Shown: piece by piece, positions 11,801 through 23,398 of the stretch
Layout of the letters: each line of letters opens with the position of its first letter
How positions within the stretch are numbered: the first letter of the stretch is position 1
NCBI RefSeq assembly: GCF_018350175.1
Contig: NC_058369.1
Span: forward strand, 13,208,001 to 13,272,000
Reading direction: 5' to 3'
DNA: 64,000 nt
Source: Felis catus
Lineage: Eukaryota
Made by a program: the position numbers and the translations under genes
The notes under the pieces: model-generated
What the model was told of the DNA's origin: nothing
Database searches by the model: none
Seen by the model: the letters and a program-made list of their open reading frames with translations, nothing else

Positions 11801-14800
11801 AGGCTCCAGGCTCTGAGGTGTCAGCCCAGAGCCCGACGCGGGGCTTGAACTCACAAACCGTGAGATCATGACCTGAGCCGAAGTCAGACGCTTAACCGAC
11901 TGAGCCACCCAGGCGCCCCTATCTTGTGTCTGTCTTTATGTCAACACCACACTGTCTTGATTACTGTCCCTTTACCATAACTTTACAGATCAGGAAGTGT
12001 GAGTCCTCTAACTTTGTTCTTCAACATTGTCTTGCCTCCTGGACTCCCTTGAGATTCCATATGAATTTTAGGATGGTTATTCTATTTCTGCAAAAAGCCA
12101 TCGCTGGCACTTTGATCGTGACAGCACCGAATCTGTAGTTTGCCTCAGGTAGTGTCAACGGCTCGGCGGATATTAAGTCTCCTAATCCACAAACATGGGA
12201 TGTCCTTTCTGTGAATTTTTATGTTTTCATTTCTTTCGGCGGTGTTTTTTAGTTTTCGTATATTTTGTTTTCTTGGCTAAATTAATCCCTAAGTATTTTA
12301 TTCTATGTTAATACTATTGTAAAGACAGTTGTTTTCTTAGTTTCCTTTTCAAATCGTTCACCATTAGCATATAGAAGCATAATTGGTTTGTGTGTGTTGG
12401 TTTTGTGTCCAGCTACTTTGCCGAATACATCTATCCTAACAGATTGTGTGTGTGTGCGTGCGCGCGCATCATCTTAGAGTTTTCTACACATAAGAGCGTG
12501 TCATCTGTGATCAGAGATAACTTTAATTTTTTTCTTTTCTTTTTTTTTAATTTTTTTTAACATTTATTTATTTTTGAGACAGAGAGAGAGCATGAATGGG
12601 GGAGGATCAGAGAGAGGGGGAGACACAGAATCCGAAACAGGCTCCAGGCTCTGAGCTGTCAGCACAGAGCCCAACGCGGGGCTTGAACTCACGGACCACG
12701 AGATCATGACCTGAGCCGCAGTCGGACGCTTAACCGACTGAGCCACCCAGGCGCCCCTAATTTTTTCTTTTCTAACGTAGATATCTTTTCTTTTTCTTGC
12801 CTGATTGCTCTGGCTAGGACTCCTAGTACTGTGTTGACTCTAAGTGGCAAAAGCCAACATTCTTGCCTTGTTCCTGCTCTTAGAAAAAAAGCTGATAGTC
12901 TTTCACCATTGGGTATGATGTGAGCTGTGAGTTTTTCATACATGGCTCATGTTATGTTGAGGCAGTTTCATGCTATTCATAGTTTGTTGAGGGTTTTTAT
13001 CGTGAAAGAGTGTTGAATTTTGTCAAATGCCTTTCTGCAACAGTTGAAATGATTGTGTTGTTTTATTCATTCTGTTAATGTGGTCTATTATATTGATTTT
13101 TCTTTTCCTTTTAAGACTTTATTTTTAAGTAATCTCTACACCCAACATGGGGCTCAAACTCACGACCCTGAGATCAAGAGTCGCATGCTCCACCTACCAA
13201 GCCGGCTGGGCGGCCCATATGTGTGTGTGTGTGTGTGTGTACACACACACACACATACTTTTTTTTTTTTTTTTTTTAAGATTTCATTTTTTGGAGTGTC
13301 TGGGTGGCTCAGTTGGTTAGGTGTCCGACCATGAGGTCATGATCTCACGGTCTGGGAGTTCAAGCCCCGCACCAGGCTCTGTGCTGACAGCTGGGAGCCT
13401 GGAGCCTGTTTCGGATTCTGTGTCTCCCTCTCTGTCTCTGCCCCTCCCCTGCTTGCACTCTGTCTCTCAAAAATAAATAAACATTAAAAAAATGGTTTTT
13501 AATTTCATTTTTAAGTAATCTCTACACCAAACGTGTGGCTATGTTGATTTTTCATATGTGGAACCATCCCTGCATCCCAGGGATTCCCACTGACCAGTGT
13601 CTGATCCTCTTAATATGCTGCTGAATTTGGTTCGCTAATATTTGTTGAAGATTTTTGCATCAAGGTTCATAAGGGATATTGGTCTGTAGTTTTCTTTTCT
13701 TCGTAGTGCCTTTGTCTGACCTTGGTATCAGGGCAACACTGGCCTCCTGGAATGATTTAGGACGTGTTCCCTGCTCTTCAGTATTTTTGGAAAAGTCAGA
13801 GAGGGATTGATGTTAGTTCTTCTTTAAATGTTTGGTAGAAACAGGCTCAGGAGGATTTTGATTACTGATTCAATCTCCTTACTAATGATAGATCTGTTTA
13901 GCTTTTCTGTTTCTTTGTGATTCAGTCTTTGGTAGGTTTTGTGTTTCTAGGCATTTGTATGTTTCTTCTTGGCTATGCAGTTTCTTGGTTGTACAGCTGT
14001 TCAGAGTACTCTCATCATGCTTTTTATGTCTGTAGAGTAGGTAGTAGTGTCCCCCTCTTATTTCTGAACTTATCAATTTGAATCTTCTCGCTTTTTTCTT
14101 AGTCTAGCTAAAAGGCTGTCAGTTTTGTTAATCTTTTTTTTTTTTAATTTTTTTTTAACGTTTATTTATTTTTGAGACAGAGAGAGAGAGACAGAACATG
14201 AATGGGAGAGGGTCAGAGAGAGAGACACACACAGAATCCGAAACAGGCTCCAGACTCTGAGCTGTCAGCACAGAGCCCGACGCGGGGCTCGAACTCACCG
14301 ACTGCGAGATCGTGACCTGAGCCGAAGTCAGACACTCAACCGACTGAGCCACCCAGGCGCCCCCAGTTTTGTTAATCTCTTTGAAGGACCAACTCGTGGT
14401 TTTGTTGGTTATCTTTTGTGTTTTTCATTCTCAATTAAAAAAAAATTTTTTTTTTAACGTTTATTCATTTTTGAGAGACAGAGCATGAGCAGAGAAGGGA
14501 CAGAGAGTGAGGGAGACACAGAATCCAAAGGAGACTCCAGGCTCTGAGCTGTCAGCACAGAGCCCGATGCGGGGCTCGAACTCACGGACCGCGAGATCAT
14601 GACCTAAGCCAAAGTCGGACGCTCAACCGACTGAGCCACCCAGGCGCCCCTCTATTCTCAATTTTTAAAATCTCTGCTCTAATCTTTATCATTTCCTCTC
14701 CTCTGTTGGCTTCAGATTTACTTTTGTTCTTTTCTGGTTCCTTAGGTTAATAGTTAGGTTGTTGCATGGAGATCTTCTCTTTTAATATAAACACTTATAC

Positions 14801-17800
14801 ATAGAAACTTGCCTTTTATCTCTGCTGTCTCTCAGAGAGATTCTCTTTCAGCAGTTGGACTATTCGTGTGTCTCCTACTTGGAATTTGTTGAGCTTCTTG
14901 GACGTTTACTAACGCCATTCATCAAACATGGGAAGCGTGGGGCCATTATTTCTTCAAATAATCATTCTGCCCCTTTCCTCCCGGGACTCCACATGTGTAT
15001 GTCGGCCCTCTCGATGGTGTCTCACAAATCCCTCACGCTGCCGTTCACTTTCTTCGGTCCTTATTTCTCCCTGTTCCTCGAACTTGTCCTATCAGAAATC
15101 ACTGATCAGAAATCACTGTGCTATTGTCCTATCAGAAATCACTGTTCACATCATGAATTGAATTCCTCTGGTGAATTTTTCATTTCGGTCATTATACTTT
15201 TTAGCTACAGGATCTTCGTTTGGTTTGTTGTTAAGTTTTCTCTGCCCTTAGTGATGTTTCTGTTTTTATTCACACAACGTTTTCTTGCATGTCTTCCTTT
15301 CTGTGAGCATTTTTAAGTTGGTTTAAAGTCTTTGTTCAGTAAGCCCACCATCTGGCCTTTCTCAGGAGTGGTTTCTGTTGATTTTTTTTTTCTTTTTTTT
15401 TTTTTTTACCTTGGGATATACTTTTCCTGTTTCTTTGTTCGCCTTGTGATTTTTGCTGTTGTTGAAAACTGGACATTTGAGTTTAATAATGTGTTAACTC
15501 CAGAGATCCAAATCTCCCCCTTCCCCAGGGGGAAGGTTTGTGTGGCTTCTTTGTGTAAATTTTTTTTTTTTTAATGTTTGTTTATTTTTGAGAGAGAGAG
15601 AGTGTGAGCGGGGGAGGGGCAGAGAGCGAGAGGAAGACACCGAATCGGAAGCAGGTTCCAGGCTCCGAGCTGTCAGCCCAGAGCCCGACGCGGGGCTCGA
15701 ACCCACAAGCCGCGAGATCATGACCTGAGCCGAAGTCGGATGCTTAACCGACTGAGCCACCCAGGCGCCCTTTCTTTGTTTAATTATCTTGTGCTGTTTC
15801 TGTTTTCATGAGCCTGCACCTTTCTGGGTGTGTGTGGTGGTTTTCCCAAATCTCCCATATATACAGTGGCTTTTTTTTTTTATTATTATTAAGTTTTTCA
15901 TTTTAATTCCAGTATAGTTAACAGCTATGTGAGTTTCAGGCGTAGAGGATAACGATTCCATGCGGTGGCTTTTGAACGGCTTAGTCCTTACGTGTCTGGC
16001 TCCTTAAAAGGGGAAAAAGTGAAAAACCAAGTGGGGAGGGGTAGATGGGAGAAAAGGAGAAAAAAATGTTCCCGTTCTCTCGATCTCCTGGGAGTCAGGG
16101 AGAGGCTGCCAGCACAACTCTTGTCTGGAAGGGGAGACGGATTCCCGGTGCTTCCCAGCTGCACCGTCATCCCCCAGGTCCTCCTGCCGAGTTCATACTC
16201 TGTACGCGTGCTATGATCGCAGAATATTCCAACATGCCGTCGCTATGAAAGATGACTAGCTAATTCCCCTTCTCGTGGCCACGCTGAGTCTCGGGTGCCT
16301 GGTGTGCGCTTTGCACCGAACCCCAGCTCGTGTCAGCTCGTCCCTGCCACGTTCCGGTGCTCGGTGACCACGGCGGAGGGCACTGCGGGCCTGGAAGTAC
16401 CGGGGGTGGTGGGAAAGCAGCGGTGATGACTTGAGCTGGTGTCCCCGAGTGCTTGCTCACCCGTTGCAGGTGCCTTGGTGGCCCTGCCCTCCGGAAGCTG
16501 ACCGATGTCCCAGGCTTCTCTCGCCCCGTGGCTTGTCATTAGTTCCCAGCCTCGGTGCCCCCCTGAGCTGCCCCCTCTTATCCTCGTTGGGCACTTTCCG
16601 GGGGAGACACCTGATGGGCCCCTGTGAGCTTTAGCAGCTCAGGGGTCCCCAGCCCAGAGTGCTACCCAGGCCTGTGGCCGAGGCTGGCACCTGGAGGCTG
16701 GGAGTCATCCGAGCCCCTGTGTGCCTGGGCGTTTGGCCCCTTGAGGGTCTCCTTCTCCCACTGCCTCGGACAGACTGACCCTCTGCTAGTGTCGGCAGAC
16801 TGTGTCTTAAAAGGGCCAGAGGGTAAACGTTGCCAGCTTTGCAGGCCAGGTGGTCTCTGTCCCAACAACTCGACTCCGTGCCGCGGCAGAACAGCAGCTT
16901 CGTATGGCACCCAAAGGGCGTTCCGGTAAAACTGCGTTTACGAAAGCAGGCGCTGCTGTAGTTGGCCGGTCCCTGCCCCACCCCGTCCTCCTGTCCTGCG
17001 GCCTCTGCCCATGTCGCCCTTGTCTGGCTGTTCCGCCTCTGCTGCTCCTGTCTCCCTTGGGCTCGTCACGGCCATGGTGGCTTTCTCTTCTTGAGACTTG
17101 AGATCCTCACCGCCACTGTTCCCAGCTCTGAGTGAGGGATGCCGCCTGCCCAAAGCTAGGGGATTCGCTCACCCCGCAGATGCCGCGGCAGCCCTCTGGG
17201 CCCACGCCCTGAGCCAGGCAGTGTTCACGGTCCAAAGATGTCAAGCATCTGGCCGGTTTCCCGTGCCTCAGATCCCGATTTGTCCTCAATTGATTATGAT
17301 TATGAGACACTCGCCTGGGACCGGTGGCCTCATTCCCCTTTGCATAAGCTCTAGGTTCAGGGCCACGGGTGAGGCTCTGAAAGCAATGCCACGTCCAGTC
17401 TCCCTCTTGCAATTCTGTCCTTCCCACACCCACTCTGTCTCCCCATTGCCCTTGGGGGCAGGGATTTTTGTCTGTCTGGGTCACTGGCACGTCCCCAGTG
17501 CCTAATGCCCGGGAGGACTTGATAAATGCCCTTTGAGTAATTGAGCAGATGGATGCTGCAGAAGCGGCAGATTGTTCTAGATACTGGCTACCTTGGGAGC
17601 TTAAGCTCTAAAACCCCGTCTTTCTGGAAGCCCTCCCTGATTGCCTCCTCCTACCCTCCTTACCTCTGGCCCTGGGCATGTCTGTGTCCAGGGACCAGCC
17701 AGGGAGGGTCCGAGCACTGAGGATATGGCCAGGGGTCTTTGCAGAGTTCGTTGAGTAACTTCCCATGCCAAGGAGAGCTTTAAGATAGCGAGATCAGGCC

Positions 17801-19127
17801 TCCTCCTTGAGGAGGGAGCCACTCAGAGAGATGTAGACAGAGGTGGGAGCCCCTTCCCAGGCCCTGGGTCCCAGGAGCTCAGGTCTGACCCCGTCCTTCT
17901 TGCCCGCAGGGTCAGCTGGCAGCCGGCCAGGTGGGTCAGCAGCCCCTCCCGGCTCCCCCGTCTACCTCGACCTGGCCTACCTGCCCAGCGGGAGCAGCGC
18001 CCGGCTGGTGGACGAGGAATTCTTCCGAAGGGTGCGTGCGCTCTGTTACGTCATCAGCGGCCAGGACCAGCGCAAGGAAGAGGGCATGAGGGCTGTCCTG
18101 GACGCACTGCTGGCCGGCAAGCAGCAATGGGACCGTGACCTGCAGGTGCGTGACCACCCCGGGGCCCCAGACAGTCTTGGCACGAGGTCAGGCCGCACAC
18201 CTCCTGGTGTGTTCCTGTTGAACTTAGTCCTGGGAGGTCTGTGTGACCTTCACCCGCCCACAGAAGAGGGGGTGGGGCTCAGAGAGCCCGAGCTGTGTCC
18301 CCAAGGCCACGGGAATGAAGGCAGGTTCACGGGTCCCACCAGCTCTCAGGACTCTGTTCCCGTTGTCCCCTCCGTCTGGAGCAGCCTGGATGAGGGTGCA
18401 GGACGGGCCTGGTTTGATCCGCTTCCCTGACTCCTGGGCTCTTAACCATCCCAGTCACGAGAATTGGCCAGGAGGAATAGGCGAGGTGTCCACGTAGCTG
18501 CGAAAGTTGAGAATTGATCCTGTGGGCTGGGGCTGTCCCCCAAGGAAGCCTTGAAGCACATCCTTGAAGGGTGACGCAAGTCTGGCTTGAAGGTGCCTGG
18601 CCACCCATTCGGCGTGTGAGGTGCCGACGCCCAGCCTCTCAGGGAGCATGCGCAGCCCCTGTCCCCCCCGCCCCCCCGCACCCCCTCCCACCGCACAGCT
18701 TGTCGGGAGCCAGGACGGAGGGTTCCGGGCACCGGGCGGAGGTAGGGCAAACTTGGTGTGTGCGAGGGAGGAGCCGGAGAGGGGCCCGGGTCCTTTGGGT
18801 GCCGTGGGGACAGGAAAGGACCTCAGGGATGGGCGGGTGCAGACAGCAACTGTGCACAGAGCAACTGTGGTCAGAGAAGAAGGGCCTCAGATGCCGGGGG
18901 TGGAGCAGGGGCCTGGGCCCAGAGGTCACAGGTGCTCCCCCTCACCGTCAGCCCGTCTGTCCCACCCACAGGTGACCCTGATCCCCACCTTCGATTCCGC
19001 GGCCATGCACGAGTGGTACGAGGAGACACATGCCCGGCACCAGGCACTGGGCATCACCGTGCTGGGCAGCAACAGCACCGTGTCCATGCAGGACGAGGCC
19101 TTCCCCGCCTGCAAGGTCGAGTTCTAG
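2275..19127 (+). CDS. MAP1S: Microtubule-associated protein 1S, 7 coding exons, 1064 aa
   Basis: Join 2275-2395,3694-3795,5263-5345,6351-6491,7152-9507,17910-18145,18972-19127 = 3195 nt; all GT-AG with consistent phases; MAP1-family motifs [25 protein letters not shown] and C-terminal [11 protein letters not shown]. Confidence 0.97.
3694..3795 (+). CDS. MAP1S: MAP1S exon 2
   Basis: cag|[38 protein letters not shown]; donor gtgaga. Confidence 0.95.
5263..5345 (+). CDS. MAP1S: MAP1S exon 3
   Basis: [27 protein letters not shown]; cag|...|gtaggg. Confidence 0.95.
5667..5840 (-). mobile_element. Carnivore SINE (SINEC), internally deleted
   Basis: SINEC head and tail; TSD gaattgactt at 5657-5666 and 5841-5850. 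Confidence 0.85.
6351..6491 (+). CDS. MAP1S: MAP1S exon 4
   Basis: [22 protein letters not shown]...LGDKE; cag|...|gtaagc. Confidence 0.95.
7152..9507 (+). CDS. MAP1S: MAP1S exon 5 (large 2356-nt exon)
   Basis: tag|ATC CGG GAT...GGC CCA TCC G|gtaagt; same frame as the 814-aa ORF 7251-9695. Confidence 0.96.
9790..10315. mobile_element. MER21-like LTR
   Basis: Resembles recalled MER21B/C consensus (caaaaggatacag..., aaggatagcagt...aggt); approximate. Confidence 0.6.
11715..11919 (-). mobile_element. SINEC_Fc-type SINE
   Basis: Full SINE; TSD tatc(a/t)tgtgtctgtcttt. Confidence 0.92.
12541..12757 (-). mobile_element. SINEC_Fc-type SINE
   Basis: Full SINE ending gagccacccaggcgcccc. Confidence 0.92.
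13105..13216 (-). mobile_element. Short older carnivore SINE
   Basis: gtaatctctacacccaacatggggctcaaactcacgaccctgagatcaagagtcgc. Confidence 0.75.
13221..13254. repeat. (GT)10(AC)7 compound microsatellite
   Basis: Direct reading. Confidence 0.9.
13293..13492 (+). mobile_element. SINEC_Fc-type SINE
   Basis: SINE body with CT-rich region and A tail. Confidence 0.9.
14135..14363 (-). mobile_element. SINEC_Fc-type SINE
   Basis: TSD cagttttgttaatct. Confidence 0.92.
14445..14650 (-). mobile_element. SINEC_Fc-type SINE
   Basis: Full SINE; flanking attctcaatt repeat. Confidence 0.9.
15560..15770 (-). mobile_element. SINEC_Fc-type SINE
   Basis: Full SINE body. Confidence 0.9.
16788..16976. mobile_element. 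MER58A-like hAT MITE
   Basis: gtcggcagac...aaagggccaga...tggtctctgtcccaacaactcgactc...gtagttggccggtccctg matches recalled MER58A consensus. Confidence 0.7.
17910..18145 (+). CDS. MAP1S: MAP1S exon 6 (light-chain region)
   Basis: [13 protein letters not shown]...[14 protein letters not shown]...WDRDLQ; cag|...|gtgcgt. Confidence 0.96.
18972..19127 (+). CDS. MAP1S: MAP1S exon 7 (terminal coding part)
   Basis: [20 protein letters not shown]...[11 protein letters not shown]. Confidence 0.96.
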   Translation: MTLIPTFDSAAMHEWYEETHARHQALGITVLGSNSTVSMQDEAFPACKVEF

Positions 19128-19194
19128 CTCGGCGCCTGACACCCGCCCCCGCGGCCCGGCATCCGCCCCGACCCTGAGATTCACCTGCGTCACA

Positions 19195-19200
19195 AATAAA
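19195..19200 (+). terminator. MAP1S: MAP1S polyadenylation signal
   Basis: AATAAA starting 68 nt after the stop codon. Confidence 0.85.
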
Positions 19201-19744
19201 CCAGGTACTCCACCCGGCTGTGGCCTCAGTTCCTTCCGCTGGCGGGAGACTTGGCAGCCTCCGGGACGGTCATCGCCGCCGTGTCGGCCCCCAGGTCAGG
19301 CGTGCTCCGGCCTCCGTGTCGCAGGCCGGAAAAGCCGGGCCCGGGGAGGGGGTGTGCCTTTCCGGTAGTGACCGCCGGCAGCCGGTGCCCGCCGCTGACC
19401 GCGGCCCTCCGGCCCGACCCGGCAAGCGCGGGAGGCCGATTTTTCCTGGCGGGGAGGCTGGAACCCCTGAGGGCAGCCGGACCCCACTCTGCCACACAAA
19501 CCGGCCAGGGACGGGGTGAGACTGGAACCCCAGGCTCTGGGCTCCGAAGCGATAGAACAGGTCACTCTCCGTTCCTAGAGATACCTCATGCTCGTGGCAG
19601 GAGAGTCACATGCCACAGGGAGGCCTTAGAGGAGAACCTGAAACCCAGAGATTGCAAAACATCCATTCCCGAAGAACCCCTTGCCTGCTCTCTGCACGCG
19701 TGGAGATAACCTAGCTAGAACATTAGACGAGGTGCCCTGCGTCC

Positions 19745-20150
19745 TGGGTTGAACGGCGACCCGAAAAGCGTACGTCTGAGCCCTGACACCTGGTATCTGT
19801 GAGTGTGACTGTGTCTGTGTCTGGAGACAGGGATTTTCAGATGCAGTTAAGTGAAGGCTCTTGAGATTCTCTGGATGGGCCCTAAGTCCAGTGACGCGTG
19901 TCCTTATAAGAGACAGAGGAGGTGACACAGAGGGGAAGAGCACGCGGAGATGGAGGCAGAGACTGGGGTGATGGGGCGATGGGGCCACAGCCGAGGAATG
20001 CTGCAGCCCCAGAAGCTGGTGAAGAGTGATTGTCCCCTAGAACTTTCTGAAGGAACCGACCCTGTGCACGCCTTGATTTCAGAGCTGGGCCTCCAGAACT
20101 GCAAGAATGAACTGTTGCGTGTGGGACCTTGTGACGGTCCCGGGAGATGT
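19745..20150 (+). mobile_element. MaLR LTR (MLT1B/C-like)
   Basis: gggccctaagtccagtgac..gtgtccttataagagacagagg...gccttgatttc...ggcctccagaactg. Confidence 0.75.
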
Positions 20151-20254
20151 TCTGAGCCGGTCGGCACACGGCTCGCTTCCCCGGACGCGGCGGCCTGAGT
20201 CCCTGTGCCTGGCCGCGTAGGTGTCCTGGTACAGACTCCTTCCTCTGGCCATCT

Positions 20255-20605
20255 CAGTCCCCGGCTCAGCGCGTCCAGGCTGCTGTGGCACAATACCAGG
20301 CGGCTTCCCCGACAGACGCTTCCTTCCCGCAGCTCCGGAGGCTGGACGGTTGAGACCAGGGTGCCAGGGGTCGGCTGAGGGCGGGCCCTCCGGCTTCCAG
20401 ATGGCTGCCTTCTGGCTGTGTCCCCGCGTGGACAGGGAGGGGGCGTGGGGGCACATCCTCTCACGGCCCCTCCTTCGGCAGCACCAACCCGGGGATGGGA
20501 CCCCACCCCCCTGACCCCCACAACCTAACGATCTCCCGAAGCGCCCCCCTCCAGACACCATCACGAAGGGGAGTGGGGCTCACGCATAGGAAATGAGGGG
20601 GTGTT
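20255..20605 (-). mobile_element. MaLR LTR (MLT1A-like)
   Basis: ggctgctgtggcacaataccagg...cagctccggaggctgg...cagatggctgccttctggctgtgtcc. Confidence 0.65.
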
Positions 20606-22474
20606 TTGCACTAGTTAGGGCTCAGCTGATGGATGACTAGTGTCGTGGTTGGACTGGCCTTTGTGGTTCTGCTTACAAGACGCCCTTCCGCCGGACACCC
20701 ATCGGGAAACTGAAAAAAAATAAAGGTTTCTCACTTACCAGACCTGGAGATCACCCAGCGCCCCCAGGGCCACATAGTGAGAGGGGAAAGGGGGGACTGA
20801 GACAGAGCTGCTTGGTCACTGGCTGGGCCTCTGCTCTTATTGGGTCCAGGATGGGAGCCCAGGGTTTCCAGGGCCCATTGTTTCTTGGTAAACTTAAAAC
20901 CTCCCAGTGGGAATTTAAAGCGAGGGGAGGGAGCAAAAACAAAACAAAACGAGTGGCCCGAAAGGCCAGTTACCAAAATCAACCAAGACCTCTAAAACAA
21001 GGAGCCACAGTCGGGGCAGGCGGCCTCTTTCTCTAGAGGCGTGGCTGGCGAGTAGGTTCATTCCAGCTACCATCTTTGAAGAGGATGCCCGGGCGATCAA
21101 AGCTTACGTCCCGCACTCGCATCACAAGAAGGAAACAAACCGGCCTTACCCCACAGGGGGCACACAATTCCGTCTGGAGCTGGCAGGGCCGCAGCAGGCA
21201 GGGACACGTCTTGCCTACCAAGGGTTGGTTTGTGGGACCTGACTGCTTCGTGTGGGAGCCACCGAACCGGCATCTGGCGGTCTTCCTGTGGGATGTCGGG
21301 ACTTGGCAAGGCCGGGCATCAGGAAGGGCAGGTGGACGCCAAGGGAACCTGCGTGGGCGCCCACAGGGACAGGGCCCACAAGGGCACCGTCGGTGAGGCC
21401 GCGACCAAGGTCAATGCGCACCCGGCCGGGGGACAGGTGCGGCAGCCGCCTGGGGAGCTCCCCAGCGCCTGGGACCTGGGTCTGTGACCCTGCGCCCTCT
21501 GTCCGTTTACCGGGAAAGCGGAAGTGCTGGGATCCGAGCGCCCCCGCCAGGCGTGTCCTTCGCAAAGCGTGCGGGTTAGGGTTACGGCCCTTTGTCTTGC
21601 CTTTTCCTGTTGCGGGTAAGGGTGGGCTTCTTCGCTCAGGGCCTGGGGGCGGGCCGCTGTTTATAACACTGCCCGAGGTGACATTTTGGCCAGACTGCCC
21701 TGTGGCAGGTGCTGCCTCCCATTCTCCATTTCGTTTATCACCAGGGAGGGTTTCCGCATTGGTATTAATTGTTTAATTAGCTGCTTCCACTGTTTTATTA
21801 TAGGTGTTTCTTCTCACTGATACGTCACAACTCCTACTTTTTCAAGAAACGTGAGAAGGTTTTTAATTGTGCTAAAAAAACACGTTAAGATTTACCATCT
21901 TAACCATTAAGCTCTTGTGCGGTGAGTTTGTTTCCCCCCCCCCCACATCTTTCCACTTTATGAACAGTTTTTCTGTAAGCATTTTGTTTTCATGGTTTTC
22001 AAACCACAGTCTTTAAAGGTCTTTCTTTTGTGCTCTGAGAGGCCTTCCTCGCGGCTGGCACAAGTTCTCCCATGGTGTTTGCTCTGTGTTTCTCATGTTA
22101 ACTTTTATTTTTATCCGTCCAGGACTTATTTGGGGATGAAGAGAGATGGAGGGGTTGCCCGAGCCCCAAGGGCCAGCCGATTGTCCCAGGCCTGGTGCAG
22201 ATTTGAAACGCTCCCTCCTCCCTGACTAAGACCCCAGTGGGTTTGCGTCTGTTTCTACATCTGCTCTAATCCATCACCAGCTTTTCTGGCCCTCCCCCCG
22301 CCCTTTTCACTGGTATATAGTCTGGTGTCTCTTAATAGCTCCTTAACAGGTTCTTTCTCCTTAATTTTATTTTTTCCCTTCTTAAATTCCCAGCTGTTTT
22401 CACATGCTCCTTCCTCTTGGGAGTTCTAGAATCTGCACAGAGGGGGCCCAAACACATGTATGAGAAATGTCACA

Positions 22475-22677
22475 GGGGCGCCTGGCTGGCTCCTCTGGTA
22501 AAGAATGTGACTCTTGATCTTGGGGTTGTGAGTTCTAGCCCCACGCTGGGTGTTGAGAGGACTTAAAAAATAAAAATCTTTTAAAAAGAAAGAAAGAAGG
22601 AAGGGATGAAAGAAAAGAAAAGAAAAGAAAAGAAAAGAAAAGAAAAGAAAAGAGAAAAAAAAAGAAAAGAAAGAAAT
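22475..22677 (+). mobile_element. Short carnivore SINE with expanded (GAAAA)n tail
   Basis: ggggcgcctggctggctc...gactcttgatcttggggttgtgagttc; (aaaag)n at ~22610-22675. Confidence 0.85.
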
Positions 22678-23187
22678 GTTATAAACTTCTGCTTTTGACC
22701 ACGTCGTAGACTAGATTCTCAAGCCGATCTTCCAAGAAAAACAGTGAAAACTGCCGAGGAAAAAGAGTTGAATCTTGATGAACGCGTCCGTGGGCAAACA
22801 GGCGCGGGCAGTCAGAGGCCAGAATGTCCACAGAGGCGGGAGGCAGCTTTTGCGTTAGGCTGGGTTTGGTCTTTCGTTTTCACGGACCTTCACGATGGTG
22901 GGTCTGTTAAGTCAAGACCTCAAAGGGTGAAGTCACAATCGAAATAAGATCTTCCCAGGAATGGAAAGGAAACTCGGTTATCTCCAGCCTGTCTGTTGGG
23001 AGGAAGAGGGGGGGTAGAATCTAGTCCAATGATTGGTGACCTCGCTTGAGTTTGGAGCTCTAGCGGTATCTGGGTGTCCAGAGGCCTCCAGTAGACAAAG
23101 CAGTTTAACGTCATCCAGGGTGGTGGTGACCCTGAAGGTTTGCGGTTTGAGCCTCCAACCCCAGCCTTCGAGAACTCCCCCAGTCAT

Positions 23188-23398
23188 GGGGCACCTGGGT
23201 GGCTCAGTCGGTTAAGCTTCTGACTTCAGCTCAGGTCGTGATCTCGTGGTCTGTGAGTTCAAGCCCCGTGTTTGCTCTGCGCTGACAGCTCAGAGCCTGG
23301 AGCCTGCTTCAGAGTCTGTGTCTCCCTCTCTCTCTGCCCCTCCCCCACTTGTGTTCTGTCTCTGTCTCTCTCTGTCTCTGTCAAAAATAAACATTCAA
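23188..23398 (+). mobile_element. SINEC_Fc-type SINE
   Basis: TSD agaactcccc(c/t)agtca. Confidence 0.9.

Larger units (their letters stand above)
10320..15900 (-). mobile_element. Antisense L1 (L1MA/MB-type) 3' UTR and ORF2 remnants, interrupted by SINEs
   Basis: T-rich antisense L1 hallmarks (gttccagtttctccacatcctcaccagcacttgttat; ccttggtatcagggcaacactggcctc). Confidence 0.8.
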
